DNA of 63,851 nt, taken from IMG/VR virus record IMGVR_UViG_3300024423_000001, positions 1 through 63,851 of that record, one strand, 5' to 3'. Made by a program: the position numbers and the translations under genes. This stretch comes from a virus (Duplodnaviria > Caudoviricetes). The notes beneath the pieces are model-generated. The model worked only from the letters and a program-made list of their open reading frames with translations. It was not told where the DNA came from and made no database searches. How positions within the stretch are numbered: the stretch's first letter is position 1; every line of letters starts with the position of its first letter. Positions 9,196 through 19,315 of this stretch are shown one piece after another.

Positions 9196-9393
9196 TTATT
9201 TCCCCCTTAGTTCTTCTATAATTCTGGTTATTCTCTCAAATTCTCCGTAGTTCTCCGCAACAATACCATTCCCGAAGTCTATCACGAATCCTTGCTGAAG
9301 AACACTCTCTACGATTTTTCGTCGCAATGTATCTGGATTTATATGTGGTTTCCCTTTCCCAAATTCCCAGTCCAGTTTTGTTTGTTCACTCAT
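9196..9393 (-). CDS. Hypothetical protein
   Basis: ORF with GGAG RBS. Confidence 0.55.
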   Translation of the reverse strand: MSEQTKLDWEFGKGKPHINPDTLRRKIVESVLQQGFVIDFGNGIVAENYGEFERITRIIEELRGK

Positions 9394-9443
9394 TTCTCCC
9401 TCTCACCTTTCCTCAAATCCTCAATATGCTCACGAACCCCACT

Positions 9444-9872
9444 TCATATATTCTTCCTCCTCTCTGTCTTATACCAAATCAATGCTTGAGCGAGTACATC
9501 GGCAAGCTTTCTGTTCTCGAATTCGCATAGAGTCTCAATTTCATCACAACGCCAACCCTCATATTCCACTATATAGCTATTCCTTTCCTTGTATACACAG
9601 AGCATGAAATGGTTACCCTTGGAAGTTCTCACAAGGCTGGGCAGTTCCTTCATCAGTTCTGTTGCCGTGTATGCTGGTATTTTCTCTGTGACTCTCCTGC
9701 CAGCACCGCTATAATCGAAATCGTCTTCATCTACCATTGCACAATCTACCGATGTATCACTCCACACTCGCCAGTTGAAGAGATTAGAAGAGTTCACACC
9801 GGCCTTTTGTAGCTCCTTTGCAACCTCCAGAGAAACAACATTATCCTCTACTCTACCCATTGTGCCTTTCAC
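9444..9872 (-). CDS. Hypothetical protein
   Basis: VVSLEVAKELQKAG…IPAYTATELMKELP, a pattern resembling phage hypothetical proteins. Confidence 0.65.
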   Translation of the reverse strand: MKGTMGRVEDNVVSLEVAKELQKAGVNSSNLFNWRVWSDTSVDCAMVDEDDFDYSGAGRRVTEKIPAYTATELMKELPSLVRTSKGNHFMLCVYKERNSYIVEYEGWRCDEIETLCEFENRKLADVLAQALIWYKTERRKNI

Positions 9873-10147
9873 GAATACAATTCCTCCAAATCAGGTTCAT
9901 TTAACTCTAACTTCAGAATCAGATTCAGATCCCCTGTCAGCAACTGCTGCATGTGCGAGATAGCAGCCTTCAACGCAACGAGGCGCATAGATTCGAGCCT
10001 GACATGTTCAGGATAGCCTAAGTCTATCTCCTCCTCAATAAGCCTCGACAGTTCTCGCTGCTTCTCTGCTATCAGATCCGAGAACCGAATCAGCGAATTC
10101 CATTGCAGTTTGCCATGCCTGATGGGAATTATGACTACCTCAGCCAT
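9869..10147 (-). CDS. Paralog family A member (displaced copy)
   Basis: MAEVVIIP…LLTGDLNLILKL. Confidence 0.7.
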   Translation of the reverse strand: MAEVVIIPIRHGKLQWNSLIRFSDLIAEKQRELSRLIEEEIDLGYPEHVRLESMRLVALKAAISHMQQLLTGDLNLILKLELNEPDLEELYS

Positions 10148-10534
10148 CTTTCCAACCCTAATTGGTTATCATCCCAACCGAGTATCCACCTTCGAGCTAT
10201 CTCGCAATGTTGCTCCTTATCAGCCGCCGGTAAGATGATCCCAATCTTTGTCATCCACTGAATCATTCCTCGACATGTCCACACCATAAGCAAACTAACA
10301 CTGGTATAAACCTCACACCATCTCTATTGGCTTCGACATGGATGTGGAACTCCTTTCCGATTGAAAAAGGAAGAGGACAGACTCGCACGATTTCCATCAT
10401 TTCTCACCAGATGCACATATTTGGCTCAGAACGAAATTTTGTTGAGGAGACATAGTTTGATATAGGTCTAACTGAGAAATTCGCTTGAGCCTCACCTATG
10501 TGCGTCTCACGGGAAATCTGCACTCAATCATTGG

Positions 10535-10738
10535 CTACACGGCTGGTGCGCCGAAGTCCTTCGCTAATTGTTCTAAGTTGCCTACCTCTGTCTCCAGTTT
10601 GTCTATTATCCTGAGCAACTCCTGAAAGTCCTCTATGCTCAAAGTCACAGTGCCTCGCTTCCTGTCCCATTCAAGCACCTCGATCCGATGGTATTCCAGC
10701 AGACTCTTTAACTCGTCTTCTAAATCAACTTCTACCAT
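10535..10738 (-). CDS. Hypothetical protein
   Basis: Coupled ORF. Confidence 0.55.
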   Translation of the reverse strand: MVEVDLEDELKSLLEYHRIEVLEWDRKRGTVTLSIEDFQELLRIIDKLETEVGNLEQLAKDFGAPAV

Positions 10739-11163
10739 TTTGTCTCAGCAGATTCCTGTAAGATAACCTCAAATCTCAAAATCTTACGGTCCTTGAAGAA
10801 CTGGATCGCTGCTCGAACGTCCGGCAACACGAACCGGTCAACGTGCTGTTTCTCCTCTTGAAGAACTGCGATGCAAACACCGTCAGGCTTGACAATTAAT
10901 CTATGGAGAAAACTTCGCTCTAAGATTTTCGCAAACGCTACGTTCTCTAACTCTTTGTGAATTAGACAGGTGTACTCGACTCCAGGGACGACCTCGACCT
11001 TACCACCGAGCTGGGATTTGTCCAATAGAACTAACTTACCGTCTGCCTGCGTGCCACCGTGCAGGTAGCTGATCCAGTTCTTACCATCCTTATCACGCCG
11101 GAATTTCAGATTTATTAGCTTGCCCTCCCACTCAGGTTTGAACTCTGAACTGGACATATTCAA
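10732..11163 (-). CDS. Hypothetical protein (beta-rich, possibly OB/TRAM-like)
   Basis: Coupled ORF. Confidence 0.55.
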   Translation of the reverse strand: MNMSSSEFKPEWEGKLINLKFRRDKDGKNWISYLHGGTQADGKLVLLDKSQLGGKVEVVPGVEYTCLIHKELENVAFAKILERSFLHRLIVKPDGVCIAVLQEEKQHVDRFVLPDVRAAIQFFKDRKILRFEVILQESAETKW

Positions 11164-11405
11164 CCAACCTCCAACTCGTATGAATACCCTTCATAGCTTG
11201 GCTTTCGAACCGTGACGACGCCATGCTGGTCCACAAGTGAGAGTAAAGTCCAGAGATCTGGAACTTCTACGACCCAGACATCCTCAGATGCCCACTCAAA
11301 CTTCCAATAAGGTGAGTCGCCAGTTACTCTGTGAGCAACCGTAAGCACCGCGCCTTCACACGGCTTCCATCCCTCTACTCTACGATTCTTCACAACGAAC
11401 TTCAT
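11160..11405 (-). CDS. Hypothetical protein
   Basis: Coupled ORF with GGAG RBS. Confidence 0.55.
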   Translation of the reverse strand: MKFVVKNRRVEGWKPCEGAVLTVAHRVTGDSPYWKFEWASEDVWVVEVPDLWTLLSLVDQHGVVTVRKPSYEGYSYELEVG

Positions 11406-12018
11406 CGCTCCACCTTCCATAAAAGAAATCGTAATGTTTTGATGTTCTGTCGAGCGAATTCACAAACGATGCAATAGACCCATGTTGGGATAATATATTT
11501 CTTGCCTTCTTGAAACCGACCCCGGGCAATGTCCGTAAACACTCAATGCGTAGCTCGTCCAGCGACCTGTCTCGTTTCTTGACTCTTGCAGGCGGTTCAT
11601 TACGTCCACTCTTCTCAAGTTTCCGAAACAGGTAGAGGAAGAACAACTCTGCCTCACGTCTGGACTCAAACTGGCAATATGGAATCTGATGGTACGCAAG
11701 CGTTGCCAGAATACCGAAGTATGTCAGATAGCCTCCCTTTCGGAACTTCCATTCCCGTCGTAAGTCCTTCCTCGACGCATCAATCCAGACCAATACATGG
11801 TCATAGTTCTCTTGCATCGCGAACAAATTACGCCAGAACCGCTCGTCACGGACAGAATTAAGCAGGTCCGGAGCAGACTTCCGCTCGATAATAAGACGTC
11901 CAAATTCAATGTCACCGACCTCAAGCTTCCGAACTTCAACCTCAAAGTCTCGTTGCTTGCGGAACATGTTACGAACTGCCATCAACCTCTCACGAGTATC
12001 AATCACTATCTTTACCAT
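11380..12018 (-). CDS. ERCC4/XPF-family nuclease with HhH motif
   Basis: IVIDTRE, LEVGD, IERKS, C-terminal LPGVGFKKA. Confidence 0.88.
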   Translation of the reverse strand: MVKIVIDTRERLMAVRNMFRKQRDFEVEVRKLEVGDIEFGRLIIERKSAPDLLNSVRDERFWRNLFAMQENYDHVLVWIDASRKDLRREWKFRKGGYLTYFGILATLAYHQIPYCQFESRREAELFFLYLFRKLEKSGRNEPPARVKKRDRSLDELRIECLRTLPGVGFKKARNILSQHGSIASFVNSLDRTSKHYDFFYGRWSDEVRCEES

Positions 12019-12228
12019 CTCTATCAAGAGAAACTACTTCATCAGGAGAAACTATCTTGCCTCTCACAAGCAGAGCCCGGGCATATAACTGTGATATCTC
12101 TCTCCGTTCCGACATACCGTTCTCGATGACACGCGCTCCCAACTTCTCTATCGTTATCGCATTCATAGATAATTATTTACTCAGACAGCCAGCAGACATA
12201 TCGGGAGGTAGCACTGTCATCCGCAACT

Positions 12229-12696
12229 CTACTCATACCATGTCCATCCTTCTCCATCCACATATCTCTTTCCTATACGATTAGACTCACACAATAGCTC
12301 TCTTCTCACTTCCTCCTCCGCTGTTTCATATAGCGCCTCTCTCGACACCGGACACGTATGAATCTCCATCACGAAGGCATCATCCATAGGCTCATAACGA
12401 AGCTTGACCTCGCAGCCGCTGCACTCCTTCGCAAACTTTATCCATTCACATATCTCTTCGCTGTCGGTAATGCACTTCCATTCATTATCGTATTCGTTTC
12501 GCAACACAAAGACCGCTACAATCGGAATAGTTTCTACATGCTTTACAATCTTACTCAGCTCTGAAATGTTAATCTGTCGTCTGTTTCTCTTCAACCTCTG
12601 ATTACAAGCCGCCGCTCTATTCACTGCCATATCGTTAGCTTCTCCTGCACCATTCGCACATATTTCGCTCAGAACGAAATGTTCCATCTTAGACAT
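12229..12696 (-). CDS. Hypothetical protein
   Basis: 155-aa ORF; start uncertain because it overlaps a repeat element. Confidence 0.5.
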   Translation of the reverse strand: MSKMEHFVLSEICANGAGEANDMAVNRAAACNQRLKRNRRQINISELSKIVKHVETIPIVAVFVLRNEYDNEWKCITDSEEICEWIKFAKECSGCEVKLRYEPMDDAFVMEIHTCPVSREALYETAEEEVRRELLCESNRIGKRYVDGEGWTWYE

Positions 12697-12860
12697 AGTT
12701 TAATATAGACTTGAGTAGAAAATTTGCACTACGCTTATTTATGTGCGTCTCATAAAGAATCTGAGTAGCCTCTTTGATGTGATTTCTTAAAATCCTATCC
12801 TCTCTATCACAGAAGTCTCTTTCGAACTCGACTCGCTTTGCCTCATTTACCCATCTATCG

Positions 12861-13559
12861 TCAGATAGACTCTCCAACTTGCCAGACAATATAACCTAAC
12901 TCGAACTTCTTCCTATTCAATCTCCAACCGAGAACCCTCCAATCGAAGCAGACAGCCCTTAGCTCCGACATGACCAGCAACCGATGAGCGTACATACGCT
13001 CCACGTATTCATCAAAAAATAGTACCCAGCGCTGACCTTCATCTAACGTGCCTTCCATTGATAGAACCTCAGTATGCACTTTGTCGTCAGGAACAGAATC
13101 GAGTTTGTAACGCTCCCTCTCGACTACATCGGCAAATGTGTCTATCACCACCACGATCGAACCTTCCGGGACAGCCCTCAGCAACTTAACCGGCTTCCTC
13201 AGAACATGCAAAATGTTAGCAAACACATAGACAGCCTTTCGCATCTCTAAGACTGTTGTATCCTCGAGATCCACTTGCACTGGATACACGCGATGGTGAT
13301 ACGCAAGCGACCTTAGAAACTCCTTACGCCCCTCAAGCGCCACGATTGGAACTCTTATGCCTTTTTGTATTTCCCTGCTCCAGAGCGCATCACCAGCACC
13401 CACATCGACTATCACCCGAACATCAAGTGGAATATGTGGTAGTATCTCCTTCACTATTTCAGAGTTCCTTTCAAAGAATTCGTAGTTACACGCTCTTGAA
13501 TCATCCACACTGCGCGGTCGTCCCAACAGCCTTGCCTTGAAATATTCTTCTATGTCCAT
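12861..13559 (-). CDS. Class I SAM-dependent methyltransferase-like protein
   Basis: IVDVGAGDA motif I; ANILHV. Confidence 0.75.
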   Translation of the reverse strand: MDIEEYFKARLLGRPRSVDDSRACNYEFFERNSEIVKEILPHIPLDVRVIVDVGAGDALWSREIQKGIRVPIVALEGRKEFLRSLAYHHRVYPVQVDLEDTTVLEMRKAVYVFANILHVLRKPVKLLRAVPEGSIVVVIDTFADVVERERYKLDSVPDDKVHTEVLSMEGTLDEGQRWVLFFDEYVERMYAHRLLVMSELRAVCFDWRVLGWRLNRKKFELGYIVWQVGESI

Positions 13560-13574
13560 TTCCGAGTCTCCTAC

Positions 13575-13739
13575 TCAGAACTCGTAGCCCACCAGAGGCC
13601 TAACGCTATTAATAGAAAAGCCTACTACCTCTAAAATGCACAATCGTAGACCCGGACCAAGCAACATGATCTGCCTCAGTCCCAGAACTAGAAGTACATA
13701 AGGTACTAACATCACTCCGATTATAGCTTCTATATCCAT
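13575..13739 (-). CDS. Small hydrophobic protein (54 aa)
   Basis: MDIEAIIGVMLVPYVLLVLG…; fills the gap. Confidence 0.4.
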   Translation of the reverse strand: MDIEAIIGVMLVPYVLLVLGLRQIMLLGPGLRLCILEVVGFSINSVRPLVGYEF

Positions 13740-14315
13740 TCTCGCAATACCTCCATCTGTTTCAAGAACTCCTTGCCTCTGCCCATCCTCATGTAATACG
13801 CGGGATGATGAACATAAAGAACCTTACGTAATCGAAAGTTGATCCATTGGTCCGTAACGCTACCCGGCTCAGGATATGTCAACTGCTTCTTCACGAATCT
13901 TCCCACAAGCGAATCAAAAGCAACCGTCCCTAATGCCACTATGATGTCAGGTTCAATCTCCTCAATCTCTGAGAACAAGAAGCCTTGACAGTTGCGCCTC
14001 ATGTTCAACAATGGTTGAACGTTGTCATACGTAGCGCACGAGACAGCATTCGTAATGAACACATCATCCCGTGTTAGACCCAACATCTTTAGAGCGTCAT
14101 CAACCAATCAACCGCTTCCGCCGGTAAAGGGACGTATATTGAAGGCATTTCGGATAGCACGGATTCTGACCCACGAGCATTATTGTGGCTTGGTCATTAC
14201 CGTTTGCTATACTGCGACCAGCGATGATCTCATCGTTACATCGTCTACACGCAAGCCTCAGCTGCTGAATTCTACCCACGCTACCGACTAGTCTCCCACG
14301 CTTGATCACACTCAT
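13730..14315 (-). pseudogene. Family 4-like uracil-DNA glycosylase, disrupted
   Basis: CRRC…IMLVGQNP / RPFTGGSG*LVDDAL…FITNAVSC…IVALG…HPAY; +1 frameshift at ~14148 and in-frame TGA at 14108-14110. Confidence 0.85.
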
Positions 14316-14317
14316 CT

Positions 14318-16381
14318 TCAATAATCTCCTAATCTCCGCTGTGGAGTAATAAGCACCCGCTCCAGGTCTCGAAGTGGTGTCAAGAACCAGCGATCCACGA
14401 TCTTCCTCCAATCTATATCCCATCTCGATCGTATCTCACTATCCGGTAGGTCAGGTGGCACAGCTATAACCTCAAGCTTCGGATCCTTGATGAACAACCA
14501 CGGCACCTCCTCACCTGGAAGATATCGATAGCCAAATACTCTTGCCGCGTTCTCTGTTGCTCTTGACCAATACGTATGTGAATTTCCTTTTGTGAGCTTG
14601 GTCCGCTCCACTAACTTGGAGATCGACACGGAAGATGGATCTAACCCCGACACTCGATCCTTGAGATCGTCGTATTTGTCCATTCTGCCAGAGACTAGGT
14701 ACCTAATAGCTTCGGTCAGATAGCTCTTCAATATCAAAGGCATGTCTCTCCGAACTGCTGCGATACCTCGCATCTCTATTGAACCATCTTCCTTCAATCC
14801 AATCCATTTCTTCTTCTTGCCCAATAATACGAGACGCTTGAAGTGATAGTTGAGATCAACCTCAAACCCTTCACCGAGGAAGTCGTTCACTTGAGACACG
14901 AGACGGTCAGGATCCTTCACGCTCGGAACGAACAAGGAATCAGTATCACCATACACGACCTTAAAACCTCTCGCCTTGAGGAACTCTACAGAATCCATTA
15001 ACAACTGCCTTCCCCTCGATGTTACTTTCTCAGCCAAGTCTCGATTAAATAAACGGAAGTTTCGGAAGCCTATGACACCATAAGTAGAATTCACAAGACC
15101 TTTCGCAACCATGTACTTACGGCGCGCCTCAGGCGTTTGTTCCATTGACTTGTACTTTTGTCGGAGCTCCATCAGTCTCTTCACAATCGCAGGTAGTATA
15201 CCTAACTCTTCCTCGCTATGCAACTCAGGTGAGATATTTTCAGAGATTATAATCGACGGGTACATGCTCTTGAAGTCCAACACCGCTACATCCGAATAGA
15301 CCCCGGCCTCAGGTTGCAACACAAGTGCGCCAGAGAATTTGGAACCCTCTCCCGAATTCCATTCCTGTCGCTTGGAAGGAACTCTCAATCCTCGATTATG
15401 AGCCTCTTCGATATATAGGTAGTCTATTATACGCGAGTTGGAACTCAATTCTCGTAGCGGTAATGGAGCATACCGTTGTCGTTCAGCAAGACTTGCAACC
15501 AATGATAGTTCCATGTCCAACCGTTTCAAGAGCTCAACGTCTCGAACATTATACCTTACGAGCTCAGCAGGACGCTCCTCAAGCAACTCCCTGATGTTAC
15601 TTCTATCAACCTTGATCTTGCCGACATTTAAATGATACTGAGCCACCGCATCAAGCGATAAGCCAACCTCGGGGCGTCCCATCACCGAGATGTAGACATC
15701 CATCATGTCCAGCAAATCAAGTCCTCGAACAATGTAGTCTGCTGATGCGAATCCTTTACTGCGCTTGACTGCAGCTTTCCTGAATGGAGACAGATTCCTT
15801 AGAAAGTCTATGCCGTTCCGCTCACTCCGCCTAATTAAGTACGGAACATCAAACCTGTTTGAGTACCATCCACAAATTACATCAGGGCTGAAAAAGCGGA
15901 TATATTTCAGTAGTTTCTCAATGATCTCCCTCTCCGAAGAAACCTCGACACATCGTATATCATCAGCATCGAACTCTGCATCCGCTTGAACAATAGCAAC
16001 AGAATAATCAGAGCGATTCGTCGCGAGTGCTACCGAAGCAATCTCCCGACTGTAATCTTGCAACTCAGAAGCACGACTGACTGCCACCTCAATATCAACG
16101 TAGAGAACATGCTTGTTCAAATCCAGTTCCGGCTTCTCTCTCAGACAGTATCGCCACAGAGGCGACAGGTCTCGCTCGAATGTTCGAGCATAAGGATCTA
16201 TACTTCGTCTCCCAATGACCTTTCTTAATCTTTCATTCCATAGTCCGATTCCATCCTCACCATGCTCATCCTCAACGAAATAGTAGTTCTCTTCTTTGGA
16301 GACCAACCGCCACCTGCCACCCACTTTCTGGTATATGTTATCACCGATAGCCTCGACCATAGTAGGTTTCCCAGCTTTCAT
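14318..16381 (-). CDS. polB: Family B DNA polymerase
   Basis: Exonuclease DIE, FDVPY, YNVRD; polymerase DFKSMYPSII, KGLVNSTYG, YGDTDS. Confidence 0.96.
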   Translation of the reverse strand: MKAGKPTMVEAIGDNIYQKVGGRWRLVSKEENYYFVEDEHGEDGIGLWNERLRKVIGRRSIDPYARTFERDLSPLWRYCLREKPELDLNKHVLYVDIEVAVSRASELQDYSREIASVALATNRSDYSVAIVQADAEFDADDIRCVEVSSEREIIEKLLKYIRFFSPDVICGWYSNRFDVPYLIRRSERNGIDFLRNLSPFRKAAVKRSKGFASADYIVRGLDLLDMMDVYISVMGRPEVGLSLDAVAQYHLNVGKIKVDRSNIRELLEERPAELVRYNVRDVELLKRLDMELSLVASLAERQRYAPLPLRELSSNSRIIDYLYIEEAHNRGLRVPSKRQEWNSGEGSKFSGALVLQPEAGVYSDVAVLDFKSMYPSIIISENISPELHSEEELGILPAIVKRLMELRQKYKSMEQTPEARRKYMVAKGLVNSTYGVIGFRNFRLFNRDLAEKVTSRGRQLLMDSVEFLKARGFKVVYGDTDSLFVPSVKDPDRLVSQVNDFLGEGFEVDLNYHFKRLVLLGKKKKWIGLKEDGSIEMRGIAAVRRDMPLILKSYLTEAIRYLVSGRMDKYDDLKDRVSGLDPSSVSISKLVERTKLTKGNSHTYWSRATENAARVFGYRYLPGEEVPWLFIKDPKLEVIAVPPDLPDSEIRSRWDIDWRKIVDRWFLTPLRDLERVLITPQRRLGDY

Positions 16382-16383
16382 TT

Positions 16384-17280
16384 CTAAGTTACACGCTTCC
16401 GCAGTGGACAATCTTCACAACAAAAACCCCTTCTTGAAAGCAGTGCACAAGACAGCGGATACTCTTTTCCTTCATAGATGTGCTTCAGCTGATACCACGT
16501 CTTCTCCGGCTCGAAGTCCTGCCAATGAAATGACCGTATTTCCTTGAAAGTATCCTCGATAGACTGACCAATGTATCGTCGAGACAATGTCCAATACACC
16601 CGCCCGAGATGTGTTGGATTCGGTCGCCGAACTTCTCTTTCGAGGCAGTAATAGAATGGCAAAGCAGTCTTACTACGTAACGATCCAGCCGAGCGCCCCT
16701 CTATCTTATCAAATCGAATCTGCAGAACCCTCTTCGAATCCAACTCTGGAAAACTCGGCCGTTGCTCATGAGCAGCTATCAGTTGTGATACTCCACCATG
16801 TCTAACATTGATGGTACCGGGCACTCTCATTAGCCTTGTCGGATTTGGATCCGAAGCGTTCTGATCAAAAAACCTGAGCCTGCCAAACTCCGATAGCAAA
16901 TCCCGGTATATTTGTCTCGCGTGATCGATTTCAATAGCAGTGCTGTCCATCAGTACATGAAACCCTCTACCCGACGACCACAAATAGACCGATGAGTACC
17001 GCTTCAATATGAGGAACTTGTAGAAGAGATTGACCTCATCGTAGAACTCATCCAACTTCTCAGCGTCCTTCGGAGGATCGAAGTCCCAGAATAGCACTAA
17101 CAGCCGGGCAGGTTGCCAATCTTCATCAAACGCGCCTCTACTGATGTAGCAATCGTCTCTACCATTGAACTCCTGAATCAATGACTTAATTATCTGTTCT
17201 TTCCTAACTCGAAACTCTGGCGGGAAGTTATCAGGAAACACTAAGCTTCGTCCGCCATACTCGGTGCTCAGAATATTCAT
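16384..17280 (-). CDS. Archaeo-eukaryotic primase with fused PriL-like Cys domain
   Basis: WDFD, SSGRGFH, RLMRVPGTIN; C-terminal CLE…H.GR…SC…CCEDC. Confidence 0.82.
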   Translation of the reverse strand: MNILSTEYGGRSLVFPDNFPPEFRVRKEQIIKSLIQEFNGRDDCYISRGAFDEDWQPARLLVLFWDFDPPKDAEKLDEFYDEVNLFYKFLILKRYSSVYLWSSGRGFHVLMDSTAIEIDHARQIYRDLLSEFGRLRFFDQNASDPNPTRLMRVPGTINVRHGGVSQLIAAHEQRPSFPELDSKRVLQIRFDKIEGRSAGSLRSKTALPFYYCLEREVRRPNPTHLGRVYWTLSRRYIGQSIEDTFKEIRSFHWQDFEPEKTWYQLKHIYEGKEYPLSCALLSRRGFCCEDCPLRKRVT

Positions 17281-18275
17281 CCCTCGAATTCTCGAAATCC
17301 ATAGTCCCGCTCCAGCGTGACATAGAACGACTCGTCCCTGAGCAACTTGTAAGGATGCCGATCGACATGTATGACTCGGCCCTTGTCCTTCACTCGATCA
17401 TAGAGATACTTATTGGGCATTGAAATCCTGATGATATATTTCAGGTTATAAAAGATGTTAGCACCGCCAAAGACTGATTCTCTTGCAACGAGTTGCGGTG
17501 GTCGAGAAATGTGGTTAACCAACGCAACCAAGCAACTATGACTCTCAGCAGATTCCTGTAACACTCCAAACAATGTATTCTCCATATCAGCTCGGGCAGG
17601 TAGATTTTTAGTTGCTGTCCCGAGCACGCTCTTCAAAGGCGCTGACAACGAATCCACGACAATAACCGAATACTTCTCGAAATCCAGTTGCGGCTGGCTC
17701 ATCTGAATTGTCAACTCAAACTTTCCACCCTCCGAGATCTTCCATGACAGGTCGATGCCAAAAAGCCTGAAGAGCTCCCGTATCCCACGTGCAACTCGAA
17801 CTTCTGGAACCTTCTCTGATCCGAACCTATTTCCGAGACACTTGAATAGGTGCTTGAAGCCCTTCATAGGAAATCCTTCAGTCTCTATAATGATCACTTC
17901 CTCATCAGGATGGTCAGCAAGATACTTCATTGATAGTTGTGTCTCCAGCCATGTCTTTCCACTCATCGGAACCCCTGTGATTCCAAGGAGAGAACCAAGC
18001 TCTATCTCAAGTGCCTCGTCTAAAGCTGGTAGCCCAAACTCTACTAAGGAACTGTTACAAGTCGTCCCTGTATTCAGATATGGAGAAATGTCTATACTCT
18101 TCAAATATTCGATATGTTTGCAATGACCGTGGCTTCTATACCCGAGACAGTTGCAGGTATAGGTCTGCTCAACGACATGATAGCAAGCCTTCCAGACCTT
18201 CTTGCCCGATTCGGACGGGAACGACCAGCAAAGGTCGCCCCCGATCCGTTCGGGTTCAGCATTCAGCGGTCTCAT
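17277..18275 (-). CDS. RecA/RadB-superfamily ATPase with N-terminal SWIM zinc finger
   Basis: CNC…CKH; Walker A GVPMSGKT; VVDSLS; VFGG. Confidence 0.8.
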   Translation of the reverse strand: MRPLNAEPERIGGDLCWSFPSESGKKVWKACYHVVEQTYTCNCLGYRSHGHCKHIEYLKSIDISPYLNTGTTCNSSLVEFGLPALDEALEIELGSLLGITGVPMSGKTWLETQLSMKYLADHPDEEVIIIETEGFPMKGFKHLFKCLGNRFGSEKVPEVRVARGIRELFRLFGIDLSWKISEGGKFELTIQMSQPQLDFEKYSVIVVDSLSAPLKSVLGTATKNLPARADMENTLFGVLQESAESHSCLVALVNHISRPPQLVARESVFGGANIFYNLKYIIRISMPNKYLYDRVKDKGRVIHVDRHPYKLLRDESFYVTLERDYGFREFEG

Positions 18276-19315
18276 TTCTGTTTGGCCTTCTGTACCTTCT
18301 TTTCCTTCTCACACTCGACGATAAAGGTATTCTTGTCTGGTCGTGAGATAACTACTACTCTGCCTCGGAAGAAGTCGTCGCTGCCCCACTTACCGCCTGC
18401 CTTCTCAATAGCATCGACGATTGATGAGTACAACACTCCTGGTCCAAGTAGCACCTGCTCCTTTCCGCCTTTCGATAGATTGTGCACCCTGATTTGGTAC
18501 TGGCTCCAAGGACATATTCTCCCGAGTAAGTCTTCTTCACCCTCTTCTATCCAATAGAGATCGCTGACCAGCTCCACTCGCAGCGTTTCACCCACATCGA
18601 TTGTCTTCCAAGGCGGCAGACTCGCCGCCTTAACCTCCTCTCTTGTCGGTTTTCGCATACCTACCACCTCACAGACCGTCCTATATGGACACTGTGAGCA
18701 TAAACTCGATATTTTAGGTTTGAATTCAGAATCAGCCCTTATTCGTTCGATCTCTCGACGAATCTCAGCCCACTTCGCCGAGAGTGATCGACCTAACTCC
18801 TGATTTGTCCGGGTAAATGTCTCACCCGAACTAAGATAACTCCACCTATATAGAAGCTTCGAAGCACAAGACCTCGTAAGGGCATAATACAACAACATCT
18901 GAAGGAGCTCTCGATCGACTCTCCGCTGTCCGGTCTTGAAGTCTTCAATAACTACTGTCCCGTTACTACGCTTGAATATAGCATCCACTCTTCCCACAAA
19001 CTGATACCCATCTATCTCTGCCTCGAACGGAACTTCAGTACCAATGAAGATTTCCCTCCTCCTTCGTGAATGTTCACGATACCAATTCTGAAGGCACCTG
19101 ACAGCTTGAGCGCCAACTTCCTTCAACGTCTCTAATTCATTAGTCAGAGATGATTCATTCCGCAAGATACGCGAGATAGACTCGTGAACCCTCAATCCAC
19201 GGACAATCGCATCTGGCAATTCTGGCGGCGCCTTCTTCTCAATCCATACGAATCTATAGAGTCGCGGACAAATTTGATATTCAATCAACTTTGAATAGCT
19301 CCACTTATCCTCCAT
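18272..19315 (-). CDS. Cas4/RecB-like PD-(D/E)xK nuclease with C-terminal extra domain
   Basis: SYSKL..Y..CP, GRVDAI, IEDFKTG, CSQCPY…C. Confidence 0.85.
   Translation of the reverse strand: MEDKWSYSKLIEYQICPRLYRFVWIEKKAPPELPDAIVRGLRVHESISRILRNESSLTNELETLKEVGAQAVRCLQNWYREHSRRRREIFIGTEVPFEAEIDGYQFVGRVDAIFKRSNGTVVIEDFKTGQRRVDRELLQMLLYYALTRSCASKLLYRWSYLSSGETFTRTNQELGRSLSAKWAEIRREIERIRADSEFKPKISSLCSQCPYRTVCEVVGMRKPTREEVKAASLPPWKTIDVGETLRVELVSDLYWIEEGEEDLLGRICPWSQYQIRVHNLSKGGKEQVLLGPGVLYSSIVDAIEKAGGKWGSDDFFRGRVVVISRPDKNTFIVECEKEKKVQKAKQK

Noticed and set aside
18272-19315. CRISPR-Cas system or mini-array
   Set aside because: Solo Cas4-like nuclease only; no repeat-spacer array seen.
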